The notes under the pieces are model-generated. The model saw only the letters and a list, made by a program, of their open reading frames with translations, did no database searches and had not been told where the DNA came from. This document shows positions 22,797 through 25,878 of a DNA stretch of 25,878 nt, piece after piece. The stretch is from positions 1 through 25,878 of the IMG/VR virus record IMGVR_UViG_3300020044_004882, one strand, 5' to 3'. Positions within the stretch are counted from its first letter, which is position 1; the number at the start of each line of letters is the position of its first letter. The translations under genes were made by a program, and so were the position numbers. Source of the DNA: a virus. Lineage: Duplodnaviria > Caudoviricetes.

Positions 22797-25700
22797 ACAT
22801 AAACTCCTTAGCTATCTCGATCTTAATTTGACGGATCTCGTCTAGCTCTGCGCGTTTCTGAGCGGCTGTAAGGCTCTTGTCGCTTCTAATCATGCGCTCT
22901 TCCTTGTTAAGGTCGCCCATCTCTTTCTTGAACTTGCCGGCAGCAGACACATTATCAAGCTTGTCGAGGTACTTATCAAGGAACCTGTCGGCTTGATCTG
23001 GGTCTTTCTCTTCCAGATTCTTGTACGTCCGGTTGACTTGCTCGATAGACTGCATGTCCTCGTAGGCTTTGTTAATGAGCCCCGTACCGTCCGTAGGCTG
23101 AAAGAACCCACCGACAATTGGCAACTGGCTAGACTTACTCTCTGGCGCAGCAGCGTCTCGTAACAACGGGTTGAACATGGAGAGCAGCGCGATACCCAAG
23201 CCGCTAGTATATCCATTGACCGCGTAGTCGATTTGTATAGGCGACACGTTAAGGGCTTTGCCAAGAGCTTTGGAGAACTCCGTTGTGTTTGTGCCAGAAC
23301 GGTATCCGGGCAACTCCGCTTTCTGACGCGCGCTCTCGATGCCTTCCAACGTAAAGAAGCTAGTGCCCGTAGTAAGTTCAATGACAGGCTTGATACCTTG
23401 TGGCAAGAACATGTTGGACATACCGGGGATGCTGTTAAGCGCTAAACGCCCAACTGCCGGTAGCACATCTTTAGACTTGGAGTCGGACGCCATGAGGTTG
23501 TAAATAGCTTCAGGAATTGCCTTAAACACGGCACCGGCTTCAAACGGAATCGGCACTCGTACTGGCTCGTCCATGAACGGCAACGGCACAAACCAGTAGT
23601 TAAGCTTGTCCATCTCGGTTGCGTTCTTGTAAGCCTCGTTGTTCTGCATGAGCGCAGAGTAAGCCATCGTAGCGCCGGCAAGCATCATACCGCGCTTTAA
23701 CATCTGCTCACGCACACCCAGTCTGTCTTGGAAGAGCGACGTACCAGAGATGGCGCGCGCAAACACGTTGATACCTTGGATCTGAGCATTAAAGAACGGG
23801 ATCATTGTGCTCAAGGCTTTAACCGTGGGCGAGTATCCGTGCTTAGTAAAGTTGGCAGACTCAAGGGTAGCGAGCGTTGCCTCCATCTCAGACATGCCCT
23901 TCTTTATAAACCCGTTGTACAACGACACACGCTGCGCTTCGTCAGCCATAATCGCCATGCGGTCAGCACGAGCCCAAAGCTTTTCCCAACCTGATTGCCC
24001 TTGAGCAATTTGTTGAGCGATGGTGCGCATGTCGGACATAGTGCCGGCAAACGCGTGTCCACCGATAATACCTTGCGACTGTAGCGCACGAACTTCAGGA
24101 GCATCGCCTTGCCAGCTCTTCTTAATACCGTCCATGATTGATACAAACGGTTTAACGTCAGCGCCAGAAGTAATCCAACCGGACAACGAGTCCTTGAGCG
24201 CGATACGAACAGCGTAGGCAGGGTTGCGGGTAACAGCTTTACGTAACAAGTTTGCAGGGCCGCGCATCATTGACACACCGGCTGGCATCGCCGAAGCCAC
24301 GCCCTCCATACCCTTAACAATCAGATCGGCAGGGATGTCACCGAACGCACCCTCAGAGGCGCGCGATGCTTCAGCTCTCTCACGCAACTTCTTGTACTCA
24401 GGCGTGTTAGCTTTACCTGCATCGCGCATCTTGTTAAGGCGCTCTTCGATCTGGAGGTAGTTACCGCGAGTGTTTATCTCAGCGTGTTTCTGTACGCCGT
24501 CTTCGTAGAACCGGATGATGTTTGCTTTGGCAGGGCCTGAACCCATCTTAACCTCAGCCATACCTAGCTTGCTCAACGTATACGCCGTGTTCTTAGCCGC
24601 TATGTTAGACATCGCCATGTCAGTCAGCATGTACGTGTTCTGCAATGCGCCGGTCTCAAAGTTAACGATGGCGCTATCGCCGCCAACCAACTCCTTAAGG
24701 TATGCTTGGGTCTTAATGTCACCGACACGGATGTTGTTCTCGGTGTCGATGATCTCGCCACCACGGTCGCGGTAGTACGGAACGTAATCGCCTTTTCTTA
24801 AATTAAATGCTGCGCTTTCGGCTCTTTGTTTCATTTTTGCGTACTCAGGCGTATTCTTTTCCCCCGCCTTTTCTAGCTCTTTCATCCTTGCTTCCGCTTG
24901 GAAGTCGCGCTCAGTCAGACGACCAGACTCAACCATTAGGTCAATCATGCCGTTGTTGTATGCGCGATAAGACTTGCGAGCTTCTTGGAAGTTAGCGTTG
25001 GCGCGCCCCTTGGACAGAATGGCATTAGCCTCTGCCTCAGATATTTTGCCTGACAAGTCTAACTTTTCAAGTCCCGCCTTTAAGCCGCCTTTGTTGGAAG
25101 CAGCGCGCTCCATAGCCAGATACGTACCGAAGTAGTCAAGCGTAGCTTGGGCGTTGCCAAACTCAGACTTAGCTTTGTTCACGCTCTCAAACACGTTCTT
25201 AAGGCTTGGGCCTTTACGAGATTTGTACTGGTACGAACCATCGGAGTTACGCTCAAGCCCGACAGAACCGTGTGTGGCAATTTCAGCGATCATGTTGTTG
25301 CGTTGATCGTACAGGCGGTTGTAGTACATCATCTGTACGCCTTCTAGCTTATCCCGCATATTCCGCGCAATATACTCTAGACCGGCAAAACGATCCGCAA
25401 ATCGGTGCATTAAGCTCATACCGATAGCGTTGCCCTTGATACGATCTTTAAACGGCTTGTCGCGCGCAATCACTTTACTAATTGTCGAAGCTTCGGCGTT
25501 AGAAATGTTTGAATTAAATATAGGCTGCGAACGGAACGCCATGTTGCCGTTGGTATCACGGAACGCGCCGAGCTGACCCTTGTTGTAGTTGCGCTGAGAC
25601 TGACGCAGGATGTTAAATATATCAGCGGTTGATACTTTAGACATCTCCATAAGACCCATCTTGCGCAGTGCAGCACGAACCGCGCCGATAACTTCCTGAA

Positions 25701-25878
25701 CCCAACGACCGGCCTTTTGTTTAAAGTTTTCGTCAACACGTTTTTCAGCGGTGTAGGCAAGGAGTTCGCGTACGGCTTGCGTCTCCATATCCTTGAGCGC
25801 TTTGTCGATGTCGGCTTTACTAGCACCGTCGCGGGTCATCTTGGCGATAGACAGCGCGTAGTCATCCATCGCGCCTTT
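22780..25878 (-). CDS. large polyvalent / internal virion protein with C-terminal LPD38-like domain (5'-truncated)
   Basis: At least 1029 aa, frame open to the window edge; IPFFNAQIQG, WFVP...RVPIPFEAG, KPVIEL, QIDY motifs. Confidence 0.75.
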   Translation of the reverse strand, partial: KGAMDDYALSIAKMTRDGASKADIDKALKDMETQAVRELLAYTAEKRVDENFKQKAGRWVQEVIGAVRAALRKMGLMEMSKVSTADIFNILRQSQRNYNKGQLGAFRDTNGNMAFRSQPIFNSNISNAEASTISKVIARDKPFKDRIKGNAIGMSLMHRFADRFAGLEYIARNMRDKLEGVQMMYYNRLYDQRNNMIAEIATHGSVGLERNSDGSYQYKSRKGPSLKNVFESVNKAKSEFGNAQATLDYFGTYLAMERAASNKGGLKAGLEKLDLSGKISEAEANAILSKGRANANFQEARKSYRAYNNGMIDLMVESGRLTERDFQAEARMKELEKAGEKNTPEYAKMKQRAESAAFNLRKGDYVPYYRDRGGEIIDTENNIRVGDIKTQAYLKELVGGDSAIVNFETGALQNTYMLTDMAMSNIAAKNTAYTLSKLGMAEVKMGSGPAKANIIRFYEDGVQKHAEINTRGNYLQIEERLNKMRDAGKANTPEYKKLRERAEASRASEGAFGDIPADLIVKGMEGVASAMPAGVSMMRGPANLLRKAVTRNPAYAVRIALKDSLSGWITSGADVKPFVSIMDGIKKSWQGDAPEVRALQSQGIIGGHAFAGTMSDMRTIAQQIAQGQSGWEKLWARADRMAIMADEAQRVSLYNGFIKKGMSEMEATLATLESANFTKHGYSPTVKALSTMIPFFNAQIQGINVFARAISGTSLFQDRLGVREQMLKRGMMLAGATMAYSALMQNNEAYKNATEMDKLNYWFVPLPFMDEPVRVPIPFEAGAVFKAIPEAIYNLMASDSKSKDVLPAVGRLALNSIPGMSNMFLPQGIKPVIELTTGTSFFTLEGIESARQKAELPGYRSGTNTTEFSKALGKALNVSPIQIDYAVNGYTSGLGIALLSMFNPLLRDAAAPESKSSQLPIVGGFFQPTDGTGLINKAYEDMQSIEQVNRTYKNLEEKDPDQADRFLDKYLDKLDNVSAAGKFKKEMGDLNKEERMIRSDKSLTAAQKRAELDEIRQIKIEIAKEFMSISRE

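Noticed and set aside
1-25878. tRNA genes, integrase/att sites, reverse transcriptase or DGR
   Set aside because: Intergenic gaps are too short or lack cloverleaf signatures, and I saw no recombinase or RT motifs.

Overview
This is a roughly 26-kb segment of a tailed dsDNA phage genome (Caudoviricetes-like). The small-gene families hint at a proteobacterial, possibly aquatic betaproteobacterial, host, but that is only inference. Positions 1-22.8 kb are almost entirely + strand. They run from an early region of small hypothetical genes, through a symmetric non-coding element that looks like a replication origin (833-1126) and a MoxR-like AAA+ ATPase / HEXXH-VWA (DUF2201-like) / DUF3150-like cassette, to a run of small accessory genes. 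A replication module follows: DUF3310, VRR-NUC, family A DNA polymerase (Leu762 type), PD-(D/E)XK Cas4-like nuclease, HNH, SNF2-like helicase, putative SSB, Cro-like HTH and an AEP primase-DUF927 helicase. Convergent on the - strand is the 3' part of a very large LPD38-type virion/polyvalent protein. I saw no tRNA, CRISPR array, integrase, terminase or capsid gene. The most notable signals are the mirror-symmetric ACGTCC/GGACGT element, three separate families of dispersed non-coding motifs, the AAA+/VWA-protease/DUF3150 module with a shared leader motif, an unlisted secreted six-cysteine mini-protein, and a sarcin-ricin-like RNA hairpin after the SSB gene. All family calls come from motif recognition by eye, not database searches.
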